Source: a virus. From it: a stretch of 64,000 nucleotides of DNA. Each line of letters begins with the position of its first letter. The stretch's first letter is position 1. The notes below the pieces were generated by a model. The model was not told the DNA's origin. It worked only from the letters and a program-made list of their open reading frames with translations, and made no database searches. The stretch covers positions 64,001 through 128,000 of the IMG/VR virus record IMGVR_UViG_3300031418_000005, one strand, 5' to 3'. A program made the translations under genes and the position numbers. Positions 63,625-64,000 of the stretch are shown piece by piece.

Positions 63625-63999
63625 TTACCAGCTTCCCTTACCCATGCCCATGACACGCAGGTTAGAGCGACGCGGCGTTAACGCCAGGTACTCTTGTGCG
63701 ATACCACGCAGTGCTCCACGACGAGACTCCGTAGCCACAGTAGACACTGCGGTCGGGTTGTAGATGATGTCTTCCAGCACTTCCATGCTGATCGGACGGT
63801 CAACGTACGTACGGGTTGATTCTTGCGCCACTTTAGAGCCACGCTGAATCGCGGAATATTTGTTGCAGATTTGCAGCCCGTCTTCGATAACCCAGTCAAA
63901 GGTCACCAGTTTATCGATACGACGCACAACCTGCCCACCGATACGACCTTCGCGTACGATGGCACGCAGCGAGAAGCACACGTTCTGATGTGGGTTCTC
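63625..63999 (-). CDS. Prohead (maturation) protease, C-terminal part (phiKZ gp175-like); 5' partial
   Basis: ENPHQNVCFSLR (catalytic Ser region) and VTFDWV motifs. The C-tail carries AQE/ATE/AQE sites. Confidence 0.75.
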   Translation of the reverse strand, partial: ENPHQNVCFSLRAIVREGRIGGQVVRRIDKLVTFDWVIEDGLQICNKYSAIQRGSKVAQESTRTYVDRPISMEVLEDIIYNPTAVSTVATESRRGALRGIAQEYLALTPRRSNLRVMGMGKGSW

Positions 64000-64000
64000 G

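Noticed and set aside
1-64000. CRISPR array, reverse transcriptase, transposase, intron or homing endonuclease
   Set aside because: No regularly spaced repeats and no YxDD RT, DDE transposase, HNH, GIY-YIG or LAGLIDADG signatures were recognised. The recurring CCCACTC-TTCG-GAGTGGG hairpins are ordinary terminators.

Overview
This window is part of a phiKZ-like (Chimalliviridae, nucleus-forming) jumbo phage genome. Gene order resembles the enterobacterial SPN3US/Erwinia-phage type. Homology calls come from motif recognition and synteny only, with no database search. 1-36.6 kb is the conserved core block, mostly on the minus strand. It holds both halves of a split family-B DNA polymerase, a virion RNAP beta-prime subunit, an SF2 helicase, three non-virion RNAP beta/beta-prime fragments plus the probable sigma-like subunit, a probable PicA/Imp1 import factor, an SbcD nuclease and chimallin. 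38.7-45.1 kb is an accessory RNA island. It contains 10 canonical tRNAs interleaved with at least six non-canonical tRNA-like RNAs (most ending in CCA), a TerB/membrane/TAXI cassette, an HslV-like peptidase, a ~600-nt ornate structured RNA candidate, a ~200-nt structured RNA and a highly AT-rich symmetric origin candidate. 47.5-64 kb encodes virion proteins, the large terminase, tail sheath and tube, HD and HAD hydrolases and the 3' end of the prohead protease. The best candidate for an undescribed system is the RNA island: the tRNA-mimic array plus the large structured RNA.
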